64,000 bases of DNA, taken from Thermoproteota archaeon (GTDB taxonomy: Archaea; Korarchaeota; Korarchaeia; Korarchaeales; JAOZGB01). The stretch spans positions 1 to 64,000 of the forward strand of contig JAVCBU010000012.1 in NCBI GenBank assembly GCA_037917685.1, read 5' to 3'. How positions within the stretch are numbered: the stretch's first letter is position 1; every line of letters starts with the position of its first letter. Made by a program: the position numbers and the translations under genes. Positions 1-10,340 of the stretch are shown in pieces. The notes under the pieces were generated by a model that searched no databases, was not told the origin of the DNA, and saw only the letters and a list, made by a program, of their open reading frames with translations.

Positions 1-1170
1 CGTACAGCCGACATAGCTGAATACTTCTCTTCAAAGTTCATAATGAGGCTCGGAAGAGCTCTAGGTAGAATAGCAAGGTTGCTTATAAAAGTAGCTCCAA
101 GCCTAAGGAAGAAAGCAAAAATATCTTATGCAGCAACCCTCGCATCAGTTAGGTTCGGGACTAATCACTCCTCAATGCACATAAGATGGATAATAGATAA
201 TGTAAGGGGAGTCAAGGAGAAGATGGAGTCAGGAAAGGTCATGTTTGGAACTCTAGACTCATGGATTGCCTGGAACCTTACAGGTAAACATGTAACAGAC
301 TACACAAATGCCAGTGCAACAGGTATATATGACCCTTTCAGCTTAAAGTGGAGCAGCACAGTCTTAAAAGTCGTCGAAATACCAGGAAAGATACTCCCAG
401 AACCAATACCAAACAGCGAGCCAGTAGGCAGAATAGTCAAAGGCGGAGTTCTCGAAGGCTTACCACTTCTAACAATTATCGCTGACCAGCAGGCATCCCT
501 ATACTCAGCAGGCATCTCGGAAGGAACCACAAAGATAACAAGTGGCACAGGAGCATTCATAGATATAAATGTAGGGCATACACCAATGCCCGGAGGTTTA
601 GGAGTCTTCCCAATGGTAGCCTTGAAAACCAAAACAGAAACGTTTTACCTGCTTGAGGGGATAGTTCAGACAGTAGGCTCGGCATTTGACTGGCTTGTAA
701 AAGTAGGGCTTCTAGACGACGTATTAGAACTTTCAGAAATATGCTTTAAGTATAAGGATGCTGGCGGGGTATCCTGTCTGCCCGCCCTTGCAGGCCTTGG
801 AACTCCATACTGGAACCCAAAGGCTAAGGCGAAATTTGAAGGAATAACTCTATCAACTGAAAAAGGCCATATAGTAGCGGCACTTGTCAAGGGAATAGCG
901 TATAGATGCACAGAGGCTGTAGCAGCCTTGGAAAAGGCCTCAGGAATAGTGGTGAAAAGGATAGTGGCGGATGGAATGGCCTCTAGCTGCGGCGCACTCC
1001 TCCAATTCATAGCAGACGCTACAGGCAAAACTGTTGAGAGGGTGAAAAACCTGCACGGCTCTTCTAGGGGGGCGTACCTAATAGCTGAAGCAAACTATAA
1101 AGGTTTAGACGTAACAGAAGCGTGGAAGCCACCAGAAATACAAGAGAGATTCATAGCCGAACATTCATAG
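1..1170 (+). CDS. FGGY-family carbohydrate kinase (glycerol kinase-like), 5'-truncated by window edge
   Basis: Frame is open from base 1 (RTADIAE...). Motifs GTLDSW, TDYTNASATG, ADQQA, GLGTPYW. Confidence 0.85.
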   Translation, partial: RTADIAEYFSSKFIMRLGRALGRIARLLIKVAPSLRKKAKISYAATLASVRFGTNHSSMHIRWIIDNVRGVKEKMESGKVMFGTLDSWIAWNLTGKHVTDYTNASATGIYDPFSLKWSSTVLKVVEIPGKILPEPIPNSEPVGRIVKGGVLEGLPLLTIIADQQASLYSAGISEGTTKITSGTGAFIDINVGHTPMPGGLGVFPMVALKTKTETFYLLEGIVQTVGSAFDWLVKVGLLDDVLELSEICFKYKDAGGVSCLPALAGLGTPYWNPKAKAKFEGITLSTEKGHIVAALVKGIAYRCTEAVAALEKASGIVVKRIVADGMASSCGALLQFIADATGKTVERVKNLHGSSRGAYLIAEANYKGLDVTEAWKPPEIQERFIAEHS

Positions 1171-1358
1171 CTCCCTTGTGTAGGAGAAAAGCTCTCTTAC
1201 TACTTCTTACTAAGATCTCTGATGAAATAAGCGTACAGATCTATACCGGTTACCGCCAAGTTAAATTTTCGGCTATAACTCAGAAGTTTTGAGGATGATA
1301 GTTAGAGGATAACAGAAGCTAAGGGATAAGGTTTTAGCTTTCATATAACAATATAATT

Positions 1359-2188
1359 GTGAAAGTAATTGTGAAAGGTTTGCAAAGCATAACATTCGTC
1401 AGCGGGAAAGGGGGAACAGGGAAAACCCTAGTGGCTGTCAACCTGTCGATTATACTCTCTCTAAGGAAGAAGGTGTTACTTATAGATGCCGATGTTAAGG
1501 GTGGATCCTCAGCCTCTCATCTTCTAGGTCTTGGGGGGTAGGCCCCACCTTGAAAGACTTATTACTGGAAAGCCACGTCTATGAGTGGGAGTCAGCTGTT
1601 CACAGGGCTGGAAACCTTGACTTCATACCTGCAGGGGTTAACCTTGACATCATTTGGAGAAGCGTAGCTTGGAGTAGGCTTGAATCTATCATCAGAAACA
1701 TGGAAAAATATGATATTGTCTTAGTCGACGGGCCAGCGCAGTTCGAAGAAGGGTTCATCGGTGTTATGAAAGTTGCAGAATACTACGTCATTGTGCTAAC
1801 ACCAACCCCAGGGAGTATCGAATCCGCTATTAAAATAAGGTTTGCCGCTAGGAAGCTCGGAACCAAGCCCCTAGGCTTTATACTTAACCAGCCAAATATT
1901 TCCATAAGAAACGTTTATGATGTTGCGAGACTCGTAGAGAAGAAGATGTATCTCCCATCGTTGGGACCTGAACACGCCAACTGCAGATGCCTTGGGGTCC
2001 TCCCTTACGATAAGACTGAGTTTATTAGCAGAGTTAGAGGGAAGCCTATAGTAGTATACGAGCCGAGATCAAAGCTCTCAAAGGCCCTCTACGGATTATC
2101 TCTTAAAATCGAAGGCAGACCAGTCAGAAAGAAGGCTCTACTTTCCAAAATAGCAAATTTATTCTCTCATAAACATTTAGCCCGATAG
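1359..2188 (+). pseudogene. MinD/ParA-family ATPase split by a frameshift
   Basis: Deviant Walker A KGGTGKT and LIDAD in 1359-1541; DIVLVDGPA and LGVLPYD in 1550-2188. One extra G in the G6 run at 1533-1538 joins them (LGGVGPTLKD). Confidence 0.75.
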
Positions 2189-2263
2189 AAAAGCTATGCA
2201 CCCTCAGTTCATACTTCTTCAACCTTTTATCAATAATAACATTCGGATAATCCAACTTCTAAA

Positions 2264-2893
2264 ATGAAAGTTTGGATACTGTTGAAACAGGGGAAACTTA
2301 AAAGCTACATGCCAGCATCAAAACCTGTGGGATTCAAAAATAGATATGTTAGGGCCTGTTTAAAATGGTTCAGGGAATCAAAACCTGAAACAAGTAAGGT
2401 TCTAGCTTTGCTTGTAGGCGCCTTAGTCTTCGCAGTAGCCCTCCCGTCACTTCTCATCTTATCAGGGCGTTGGTTGGATGGTGTTTTAGGAATTAAAGGA
2501 TTTACACTATTCCCCTGGAGCTTAGTTGTTGGGCTCATTATTGCAGGCGTTGGCTGGCCTAATAGCCCTGTGGGCAGTATATGTCCAATATACCGTCGGT
2601 AAGGGCAGCCCTTTACCTACTGTTCCCACAGTGAAGCTTATAACCAGCGGGCCATACCGCTACTGTAGAAACCCTAGGGCCTTGGCACCCTATTCCTATA
2701 TGTTGGGCTTGCCATAATATTTGGTACAGCCTCGATGCTACTTTTAATACTCATAATCTTTGCCTCTATGTTTCTGTTCGTAAAACTGTACGAGGAAAAG
2801 GAGCTTGAAGCAAGGTTTGGCAGGGAATATTTAGAATATAAGAGGCAAACACCATTTCTAATCCCAAACTCCCAAAGACGAAGGAAACAGTAG
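2264..2893 (+). pseudogene. Isoprenylcysteine carboxyl methyltransferase (Ste14/PEMT-like) membrane protein, two frameshifts
   Basis: LITSGPYRYCRNP in one frame; EEKELEARFGREYLEYKRQTPFLIP in a third frame ending at TAG 2891-2893; TM helices in the first frame. Confidence 0.8.
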
Positions 2894-2970
2894 TAAATAC
2901 TAATATTAAACTTGCTAAAAGTCTATAAGCTGATCCTCCCCGTATGATGTTAGAATACCGCTCATAGAAG

Positions 2971-3581
2971 TCAATATTGTTTAGCGAGCTCTTTAAGCTT
3001 CTCTACGAGTGCATTGACGTTTCCAAGCTCCATAAACTCCGGGTATGTAAGGAGCGGTACTTTAAGGCCGTACTTCTCTAGTTCCTCTTCCAATATCTCG
3101 ATGTACACCCCTTCCCGGGGGCTACAAGCTGCTTCGGAGGGTTGCGAAGCCTCTCACCAGTTATAAATCCACCCCAAGGCTCTCCAACACTCCTATTTGT
3201 CCAGTTAACACCGCAGACCGGACTTCCATCGCAACCAACAACTGCTAAGACTCTATAGCCGCTCTCTAAATAGTCAATAATCTAATAAACAACGTCCATA
3301 GCTATTCTCATACAATGCTCTCTAAACCTAGGTATATTATACTGATCCCTCGTCATAGCCCACCTCTTGAGACCCCAGTAGGAAGCCTCGGGACAAGGCA
3401 TCTATACCATCCCAAGGCCTTCATCAAGAATCGCCTTGACAAGCTCAACAACAGCCCCAGCGTATATGGCAATGCCGTAAACCTTAGTATTCTGATTAAG
3501 AAGACAGTAAGATAGAAAGACAACCTTCCTAGACCTTCTATCCCTCTCAGGCCTCACTTCACACTCTAAACCCTTAGCCAT
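2971..3581 (-). pseudogene. DUF523/TudS-related (CD3072-like) Fe-S protein with 2 in-frame TAG and 1 frameshift
   Basis: Manual translation: MAKG...RSRKVVFLSYCLLNQN...GMV*MPCPE...VVY*IIDYLESGY...GCDGSPVCG...GKG/VYIE. AGGAGG RBS upstream. Absent from the ORF track. Confidence 0.8.
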
Positions 3582-3822
3582 ACAAATTTCCCTCCTACAC
3601 TAACGCCAGCCAGAATATAAAAACCAGTTCTCTCATCAAACGAGACTTACCCGCGTAATGTAGTTGAACAATCCTAAAATCCTCAAGAACGTCAACCATA
3701 GGTCGCAGACTCTCGAACCCAAAATTTACAAGTGAAATCTGTACGCTTGCAGGTGATACTTTAGGTATAGAAATATCGCTTCTATCCTTGGCTAAATATT
3801 TCGGCCCCGGGGCTTTGCGGCT

Positions 3823-4998
3823 TCAGAAGTCTATCTTCTTCCCCTCATATGCATACTGGAGTATTTTCATATAGTTTTCGGTTGTAGGCTCTCTCGGGTT
3901 GACAGTTGTTCCTATTGACTCGTAAGCCTTTGCTACAAGTTCATCCATCTTTTCATCGAACTGTTCATGCTTTATTTCCATCTCACTTATGGACTTAGGG
4001 ATCCCAAGTTCCTCTTCTAGTCTTCTAATCTTGTCTAAAAGCGCTTTAGCTTTTTCCTCATGTGTTTCTGCTTTTATTCCTAGAGCTTCCGCTATTTCTG
4101 CGTAGTGTTTCGATGCAACGGGTAGGTTGTACTCCATTACGTAGGGTAGAAATATGGAGACGCATGTGGCGTGGGGTATTTTGAAGACTGCTCCGAAGCT
4201 GTGGGCTAGAGCGTGGACAGCTCCTATCTGGGAGTTTGAGAATGCTAGACCTGCGATTGTAGCTGCGTTATGCAGTTTTTCCCTTGCTTCCATGTCTTCA
4301 CCATTCTGGTATGCTCTCTTTACATTTTCTAGGATAAGCTTTATAGCTTTTATTGCCAGTCCGTCGGAAAAATCGTTTTTCCACTGGACAGTGTAGGCTT
4401 CTATTGCATGTGCAAGGGCGTCCATCGCTGTCTCTGCAGTGAGTCTTGGGGGAAGTGTCCTGGTAAGGTTTGGGTCGACGATGGCCATGTCTGGTATTAT
4501 TTCCCTCGACGCTATCTCCAGCTTTACCTTTCTCTTCTCATCTGTGATTACCATTGCCCACGTAACCTCAGACCCGGTGCCCGAAGTGGTCGGTATTGCC
4601 ACGAGCCTTGCCTTTCTTCGGATGTTAAGTTTCACAAATGGATTCACATCTTGGAGCTTTAAGTCTGGCCTTTCGTAGAGTACCCATATGGCTTTTGCAG
4701 AGTCGATGCATGAGCCTCCGCCTAGGGCAACTATTAGGTCAGGCTGAAACTCTAATGCTACCTTTGACCCTGCCTCTGCTATTCTAATGGAAGGCTCCGG
4801 CTCAACCCCATCATACACCTTTATGTTAGCGCCTGTTTTCTCGATATGTTTTGACACCGTTTCAACCATGCCAAGCTTTTCAAGGTTTTTGTCGGTAACG
4901 ATGAGAACCCTCTCTGCCTCTACGGATTCAAGATGCTCTAGGGCGTCTCTACCAAATACTATAACATGAGGAGAGTAGAAGTACCACATTTCTCTCAC
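3823..4998 (-). CDS. Iron-containing alcohol dehydrogenase
   Basis: GGGSCID, PTTSGTGSE, DALAHAIE, HALAH and PH metal ligands. Confidence 0.95.
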   Translation of the reverse strand: MREMWYFYSPHVIVFGRDALEHLESVEAERVLIVTDKNLEKLGMVETVSKHIEKTGANIKVYDGVEPEPSIRIAEAGSKVALEFQPDLIVALGGGSCIDSAKAIWVLYERPDLKLQDVNPFVKLNIRRKARLVAIPTTSGTGSEVTWAMVITDEKRKVKLEIASREIIPDMAIVDPNLTRTLPPRLTAETAMDALAHAIEAYTVQWKNDFSDGLAIKAIKLILENVKRAYQNGEDMEAREKLHNAATIAGLAFSNSQIGAVHALAHSFGAVFKIPHATCVSIFLPYVMEYNLPVASKHYAEIAEALGIKAETHEEKAKALLDKIRRLEEELGIPKSISEMEIKHEQFDEKMDELVAKAYESIGTTVNPREPTTENYMKILQYAYEGKKIDF

Positions 4999-5411
4999 TT
5001 GAACTGTGTTGGAACTTTGCTTGCTGTTAGGACTAGCTCTTTAGCAGCCTTTGCAGATCTTACCACTTTCGGCATATCTCCTGTAAGCTTAAACTTCCGG
5101 GTCATAATCGCTATTATGGGGTCTAGCTGTCCCTTTATCAGTTTCTTCCAGTTGGAATAGGGCCCCTCAAATATGTAGGCTGTTTCCCTCCCCTCTCTAC
5201 TGCCTATCAGCTCTGCCTTCCGGCATTTTCCATGCCACAGGTCGACGTAGAAAACATACTCCCTGTCAAGCTCCTCGTCCGGTGTTACTATGAAAAGGAA
5301 GTCTCCCTCCCAGTTCTTCGCAGCCTCTTCGTAGGCCTTGTTCTCGTTAAGCTTCCTACAGAATTCCTTAACCCACTCATCACTCGGGAACAGGAAGACT
5401 TCACCCATCAT
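4995..5411 (-). CDS. SCP2 sterol/lipid-binding domain protein
   Basis: FPSDEW...LN...WEGDF...G.LDPI.A.M..K.KL.GD pattern; 4-nt overlap with the ADH gene. Confidence 0.85.
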   Translation of the reverse strand: MMGEVFLFPSDEWVKEFCRKLNENKAYEEAAKNWEGDFLFIVTPDEELDREYVFYVDLWHGKCRKAELIGSREGRETAYIFEGPYSNWKKLIKGQLDPIIAIMTRKFKLTGDMPKVVRSAKAAKELVLTASKVPTQFK

Positions 5412-5647
5412 GCTTCACCTTTATGTCCTATCCTCAACTTACATTGATCAATTAAAACTTTCACTATCACTGGTTGGAAGTTGAAATTATTAGCATCAAT
5501 TCAAGGATTGAATATTTTCGCTTCCAAATCGAAACATTTCAGAATATTATGAATGTGGTATGTATGATTAAAATGCTACCATAGTTGATTGTTCATAATT
5601 TGGTCTTCGGTTTACATTAAGATTATTAATATCGTCCACTTCTATGT

Positions 5648-6682
5648 TTGAATGTGGAACACGCTATTATCGGCAGAGGCCTATGGAAAATTTATAGTAG
5701 TAAGGTTAAGCATGGCATACTAAGAAGTGAAAAAAGAAGAGTTGAAGCCCTAAAGGGCGTAGACATAGAAGTACATAGCGGCGAGGTTTACGGCCTACTT
5801 GGGCCCAATGGGGCTGGGAAGACAACCCTTATAAAGATCCTGACAACGCTTCTGTACCCGGATAGAGGCGAAGCCTATGTCAACGGCTACAACGTGCTAA
5901 AGGAGCCTGAGAAGGTTCGAGCATCCATAGGAGTTATGCTTATGGGCGAACGCGCTCTTTACTGGAAACTTACAGGTAGGGAGAACCTTGAATTCTTCTC
6001 AGCGCTATATCATGTACCGCCGTGGGAGGCTAAGAGAAGGATTAAGAGAATATCGGATCTTCTAGGCCTTGAAGAATATATTGATAGGCTGGTTGAATCC
6101 TATAGCTCCGGCCAGAAGATTACACTATCGTTCGCCAAGGCCCTGGTCAATGACGCTCCACTTCTATTTCTTGATGAGCCAACGGTCGCTCTTGACCCTA
6201 GACGTGCCCTAGAGGTTAGAAAAGTTATTAGAACACTCAACAAGGAGGAGGGTAAAACCATCTTCCTGACAACCCACACAATGCAGGAGGCCGACCAGCT
6301 CTGCCATAGGGTTGCGATAATACATGAAGGCAGGATAGTGGCCATCGGCTCACCTGACGAGCTTAAGTCAAGAGTTAAGAAGAAAGGCGTACTTGAGGTT
6401 GAAACAAGTAAAATCAGCCTAGAAGTAGTCGAAAAAATTAGGGGCCTCGAGGGAGTTAGAAGCATGGGTGTGAGTGTTAGAAGAAACGACTCAAAGGAGA
6501 GGTCTCTTCTTAGGATAATTTGTGACAGCCCAAGACAGATAATAGGAAGCGTGATAACAGTACTCATAGAGGAAGGAGCGGATATAAACTACATGAAGCC
6601 CTCAGAGCCAACCCTGGAGGATGTATTCATCATGTACACTGGGAAGGCTTTAGAAGAGGCCGATAAGAATGAGGCTAGGTAA
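5648..6682 (+). CDS. ABC-2 type exporter ATP-binding protein
   Basis: GPNGAGKT, YSSGQ signature, LFLDEPT, H-loop TTH, C-terminal PTLEDVF. Confidence 0.95.
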   Translation: MNVEHAIIGRGLWKIYSSKVKHGILRSEKRRVEALKGVDIEVHSGEVYGLLGPNGAGKTTLIKILTTLLYPDRGEAYVNGYNVLKEPEKVRASIGVMLMGERALYWKLTGRENLEFFSALYHVPPWEAKRRIKRISDLLGLEEYIDRLVESYSSGQKITLSFAKALVNDAPLLFLDEPTVALDPRRALEVRKVIRTLNKEEGKTIFLTTHTMQEADQLCHRVAIIHEGRIVAIGSPDELKSRVKKKGVLEVETSKISLEVVEKIRGLEGVRSMGVSVRRNDSKERSLLRIICDSPRQIIGSVITVLIEEGADINYMKPSEPTLEDVFIMYTGKALEEADKNEAR

Positions 6683-7511
6683 AGTATTCATGGTTCTAAA
6701 GGCGGTTTTCAAGCTGAACTGGTATTTGACATCTAGATATAAGGGCTGGTTCCTCTTCTTTACAGTTTTCCCAGTAATGTTCTCAGTCCTACCTATATTT
6801 CTCGGCAGAGCCGTCGCTGGGGGCTCTGCCAGAGCATCACAGTCCTTCTACCAGTATACTGGAACCGAAAACTATGTTGTGTACATGATCGTAGGCTCAA
6901 GCATCTGGGTCTTCGCCATCTCCTCTCTATGGGGCTTCGGCATGTGGCTCAGGGAACAACAAATGACAGGAACCCTTGAGCAGCTCCTCTTGGCCCCTGT
7001 GAATCCCTTCCTACTCCTAGTAGGTGAAGAAATATTTAACTTACTTCTTTCCGCCGTCCAGTTTACAATAGCTCTTACGATTGGATCGGCCCTCTTTGGG
7101 GCGCTAGGTGAACTTTTAAACTTCAGGCTTCTATACTCCGCCGGGATACTTCTCCTGGGAATGATCCCCATGTACGGCCTTTCAATGGTTTTTGGCGGTG
7201 TAATTATTAAGCTCAAGGAGGCCGGGGCCATAATAGGTATTCTACAGATGGCTTTAGGCTTTCTTATGGGTATATTCTATCCATTGACGCTTCTCCCACT
7301 ATGGGTTAGAATCATATCGGTACTTTTCCCTCTAACAATAGTTAACAATGACATAAGAGCTATACTTCTCTCAACAGAGTACATATTCAGCCTGCCAGGC
7401 GACATCCTTCTGCTGATGATATACATGCTTATATACCCAGTGATAGGTTTCTGGGTGTATGAGAAGGTTATGGTAGGTCTCAAGAGAGGCGAGGGTATTG
7501 GAGGCTACTAG
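6669..7511 (+). CDS. ABC-2 type permease
   Basis: 6 TM helices; EQQMTGTLEQLLLAP; GIFYPL.LLP.W. Confidence 0.9.
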   Translation: MRLGKVFMVLKAVFKLNWYLTSRYKGWFLFFTVFPVMFSVLPIFLGRAVAGGSARASQSFYQYTGTENYVVYMIVGSSIWVFAISSLWGFGMWLREQQMTGTLEQLLLAPVNPFLLLVGEEIFNLLLSAVQFTIALTIGSALFGALGELLNFRLLYSAGILLLGMIPMYGLSMVFGGVIIKLKEAGAIIGILQMALGFLMGIFYPLTLLPLWVRIISVLFPLTIVNNDIRAILLSTEYIFSLPGDILLLMIYMLIYPVIGFWVYEKVMVGLKRGEGIGGY

Positions 7512-8340
7512 ACACCTATATTCGTTCTTGGCCATGGTCAAGAAGGAGTTTAAGATTCTAACAAGGTACCCGTTAAACTTTATTGGAGGCTTCATCCAGG
7601 TCTTCTTCCTGATATTGATGTTCCTATATTCCATGATTCCCTTCTCATCCGGATCTGAAAGTCTATCCAGCGGGCCGGCCCTCCTATGGGGATCCATGTT
7701 TTTCTTCTTCGTCAGCGACTCACTATGGGCAATAGGGACAAGTGTAAGATGGGAGCAGGTCTCCGGCACCCTTGAACAGCTATATCTCACCCCAAGCAAA
7801 CAGTGGCTGATACTCTTGGCTCGAGGTTTGAGAAGCTACCTTGTAGATCTCCCCCTGGTACTCTGGCTTATCCTAGTCGTGTACATGGTAACAGGATACT
7901 TTGAAGCTAAAAACCCCCTGCTTGGAGTATACATTCTACTCCTAAGCATCGCTGGCCTAACAGGGCTAGGCTACGCATATGCAGGCATGGTTCTAGCCCT
8001 AAAGAGGACTGCAAACCTATTTACAAACATGTTTCAGTTCATATTCCTAATATTCTGCGCCATGTTCTTCCCCTTCAAAGCGCTCCCCGAGAAAGTACTA
8101 GCAGTGTCCAGGCTGATACCAATATCCTACATGGTTGACTGTTTTAGATCAGTTATGACAGGCAGCAACCCGGAGCTTATCACCGGAGCAGTTAGGGTAG
8201 TTGGCTTCACCTTCACACCCCTCTTCTTCGAGTTAGTAATCGTCCATCTAATGGCGATAGTCCTGCCAGTAGTAGGGTTTAAACTTTACAACCGGATGAT
8301 TAAGAAGGCTTTAAGGGAAGGGACACTTGGCCAGTACTGA
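7498..8340 (+). CDS. ABC-2 type permease (second)
   Basis: EQVSGTLEQLYLTP; FFPFKALPE; overlaps the previous permease. Confidence 0.9.
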   Translation: MEATRHLYSFLAMVKKEFKILTRYPLNFIGGFIQVFFLILMFLYSMIPFSSGSESLSSGPALLWGSMFFFFVSDSLWAIGTSVRWEQVSGTLEQLYLTPSKQWLILLARGLRSYLVDLPLVLWLILVVYMVTGYFEAKNPLLGVYILLLSIAGLTGLGYAYAGMVLALKRTANLFTNMFQFIFLIFCAMFFPFKALPEKVLAVSRLIPISYMVDCFRSVMTGSNPELITGAVRVVGFTFTPLFFELVIVHLMAIVLPVVGFKLYNRMIKKALREGTLGQY

Positions 8341-8504
8341 ACCCCCATCCTAGACTATATTCATCCCCCATATCTATACTGATATCTTACCTATTTACAT
8401 CCATCGCTTAGTCTTCTCAATTGGAAATGTTATATTTAATTTGTGATGGCAGCATCTGCGTCAATAGAAAAGTATTAATAAAATTCAGCGAGGGTGATGC
8501 TATC

Positions 8505-9221
8505 ATGTTCAGGCTTGTCTTGTTCGACGGGTTCGGAACCCTTTTTGACAGTCGAGGCCTATGGAGGAAGGCCTCGAGGATGGTGTTGGAGAACGTGGGT
8601 TTTAACCCTGAAGAGCTTGTTGACGAATTCATGCTTATCTGGAGTGAGGAGTGGAATAGGATAGTTCTTGAGTCTTCTAAGGGATATTTTAAATCTGGTT
8701 TTGATGTTACTGTGGAAAGCATCATCAACTCACTCTTAAGGGTCGGAGTGGTAAATGGCTTTGACGCTAGGAAGCTTGCCAGGTTGGCTATTCAAATATA
8801 TAAAGACGGTGCAAGGCTGGCTGATGGAGCTGATGAGACTATCGTGTGGCTTAAAAGTAGAGGAATAAAAACAGGGCTGGTTACAGATGCTGACCTCGAC
8901 CTTGCAAGAACAGTTATCGAAAAATTTGGTATTGACGAAAAGATGGATATAGTGCTAATCTCAGATGTCGTAAGGGCGTGGAAGCCTAATCCAAAGGCTG
9001 TTCAAATGGCCTTAGAGAGGCTTGGTGTTGAGCCGGCTGAAACGTTAATGGTTGGAGATAGCTTGTTTGACGTACTCGCAGCAAAGTCCGCGGGGGTTTC
9101 TTCAGCCTGGATTGTTGGGGAGCTTCCTCCTCCAAGTGTGAGGCCAAACTACGTGATAAGAAGAATCATGGAGGTCAAAGAAATAATTCGGGGCCAGGTT
9201 AAAGCGGACATTGACACGTAG
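8505..9221 (+). CDS. HAD-superfamily hydrolase
   Basis: Motif I LFDGFGTL, KPNP, MVGDS..D. Start moved to ATG 8505 after a GGTGA RBS. Confidence 0.9.
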   Translation: MFRLVLFDGFGTLFDSRGLWRKASRMVLENVGFNPEELVDEFMLIWSEEWNRIVLESSKGYFKSGFDVTVESIINSLLRVGVVNGFDARKLARLAIQIYKDGARLADGADETIVWLKSRGIKTGLVTDADLDLARTVIEKFGIDEKMDIVLISDVVRAWKPNPKAVQMALERLGVEPAETLMVGDSLFDVLAAKSAGVSSAWIVGELPPPSVRPNYVIRRIMEVKEIIRGQVKADIDT

Positions 9222-9242
9222 ACAGGAATAACTTTATATCTT

Positions 9243-9262
9243 TATACGTATCTGTACGTATA
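9243..9262. promoter_or_regulatory. Palindromic operator TATACGTA-N4-TACGTATA
   Basis: Perfect 8-bp inverted repeat between a TTTATA box (~9233) and the ATG at 9264 of an RHH regulator. Confidence 0.7.
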
Positions 9263-9263
9263 G

Positions 9264-9578
9264 ATGGGTAGGGTTAAGCTAACGCTTAGCTTAGACCGCG
9301 AAGTAGTTGAGAATGCCAAGGCGAAGGCCTCCCTCTATGGGGTCTCACTGTCGAGGATAGTGGAGGATTTCCTCAGATTCTACTTTAACCCCTATGTTTA
9401 CTGTTTCACATGTGGCGTTAGGTTTGCTGTCTCGGAAGGAGAGGTGTGCCCCTCATGCGGGTGGCTTAAATGCCCAAGCTGCGGGGCGTGTAGATGTAGC
9501 CTTGGAGACGAGGCCGCTGTGGTAGCTTTCAGGCTTAGGAAGGTCTATGAGGACTTGTTACATGGAAGACTGAAGTAG
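9264..9578 (+). CDS. Ribbon-helix-helix DNA-binding protein fused to a Cys-rich zinc-binding domain
   Basis: N-terminal KLTLSLD.EV...AK..A...G.SLS.IVE..L (RHH); C-terminal CxxC, CxxC, CxxCxxCxC. Confidence 0.8.
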   Translation: MGRVKLTLSLDREVVENAKAKASLYGVSLSRIVEDFLRFYFNPYVYCFTCGVRFAVSEGEVCPSCGWLKCPSCGACRCSLGDEAAVVAFRLRKVYEDLLHGRLK

Positions 9579-9580
9579 AG

Positions 9581-10273
9581 GTGGCAGCTATGATTGTCTG
9601 GCTGTACTGGGTGGTTTCGCTTACCGTCGTAACCTATGCAAGCGTAATTATTGTTAGAAGGCTGGGGGAGTCCGGATATGCTGCTCTTGTCGCATTTTAC
9701 AGTGTGTATCTTGCAGCTTCACAGATACTGGCTACAAGAATAATACTTTTTGATCTTGGCTTTACAAGCTTCTATGCGCCAGCAGCAGTATTCATATACC
9801 CGTTTATTGCTCAAGCGATAGACATGGTTAACGAGGTCTACGGTAGGGCGAAAGCTCATCTAGCAATACTAATATGCTTTGTGACTCAGGTCTTGCTTGT
9901 CTCATTCATTGGAATGGTAAATAGTCTCCAGCCCGCCCCCTTCTTTATGTATGAGGAGGCATGGAGGAGCCTGTTCGGGCTCAGCGTGAGAATCACAGCT
10001 GCTTCATGGGTGTCTTTTATAGTCTGCCAGAATCTTGACGCGTACGTCTTCAGCTTTCTTAAAAGAAGATTCGAAAAACTGGTTATTCTAAGAAGTGTTG
10101 CAAGCGACTTCCTCGATCTAACATTTGACAGCGTAATCTTTGTAGCCTTAGCCTTCTATGGCGAAATGCCTATTATCCCATTGATAGCTGGACAGATAGT
10201 TTCTAAAAACATTATAGGGTTCCTAGACACTCCATGGTTCCTGTTTTACAAGAGGGCTGTAAGCAAGAGGTAA
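9581..10273 (+). CDS. Queuosine/7-deazaguanine precursor transporter (YhhQ/VUT family)
   Basis: D..NEVYG...A, RI.AAS..SF...Q.LD, R...S......DS..F...AF motifs; multiple TM helices. Confidence 0.85.
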   Translation: MAAMIVWLYWVVSLTVVTYASVIIVRRLGESGYAALVAFYSVYLAASQILATRIILFDLGFTSFYAPAAVFIYPFIAQAIDMVNEVYGRAKAHLAILICFVTQVLLVSFIGMVNSLQPAPFFMYEEAWRSLFGLSVRITAASWVSFIVCQNLDAYVFSFLKRRFEKLVILRSVASDFLDLTFDSVIFVALAFYGEMPIIPLIAGQIVSKNIIGFLDTPWFLFYKRAVSKR

Positions 10274-10340
10274 CCCTCAGGGAAATTTCGTCTCCTTAGC
10301 CGTGTGTTACTCGCTATTTTCGGTTTTTAATGCCGTATTC

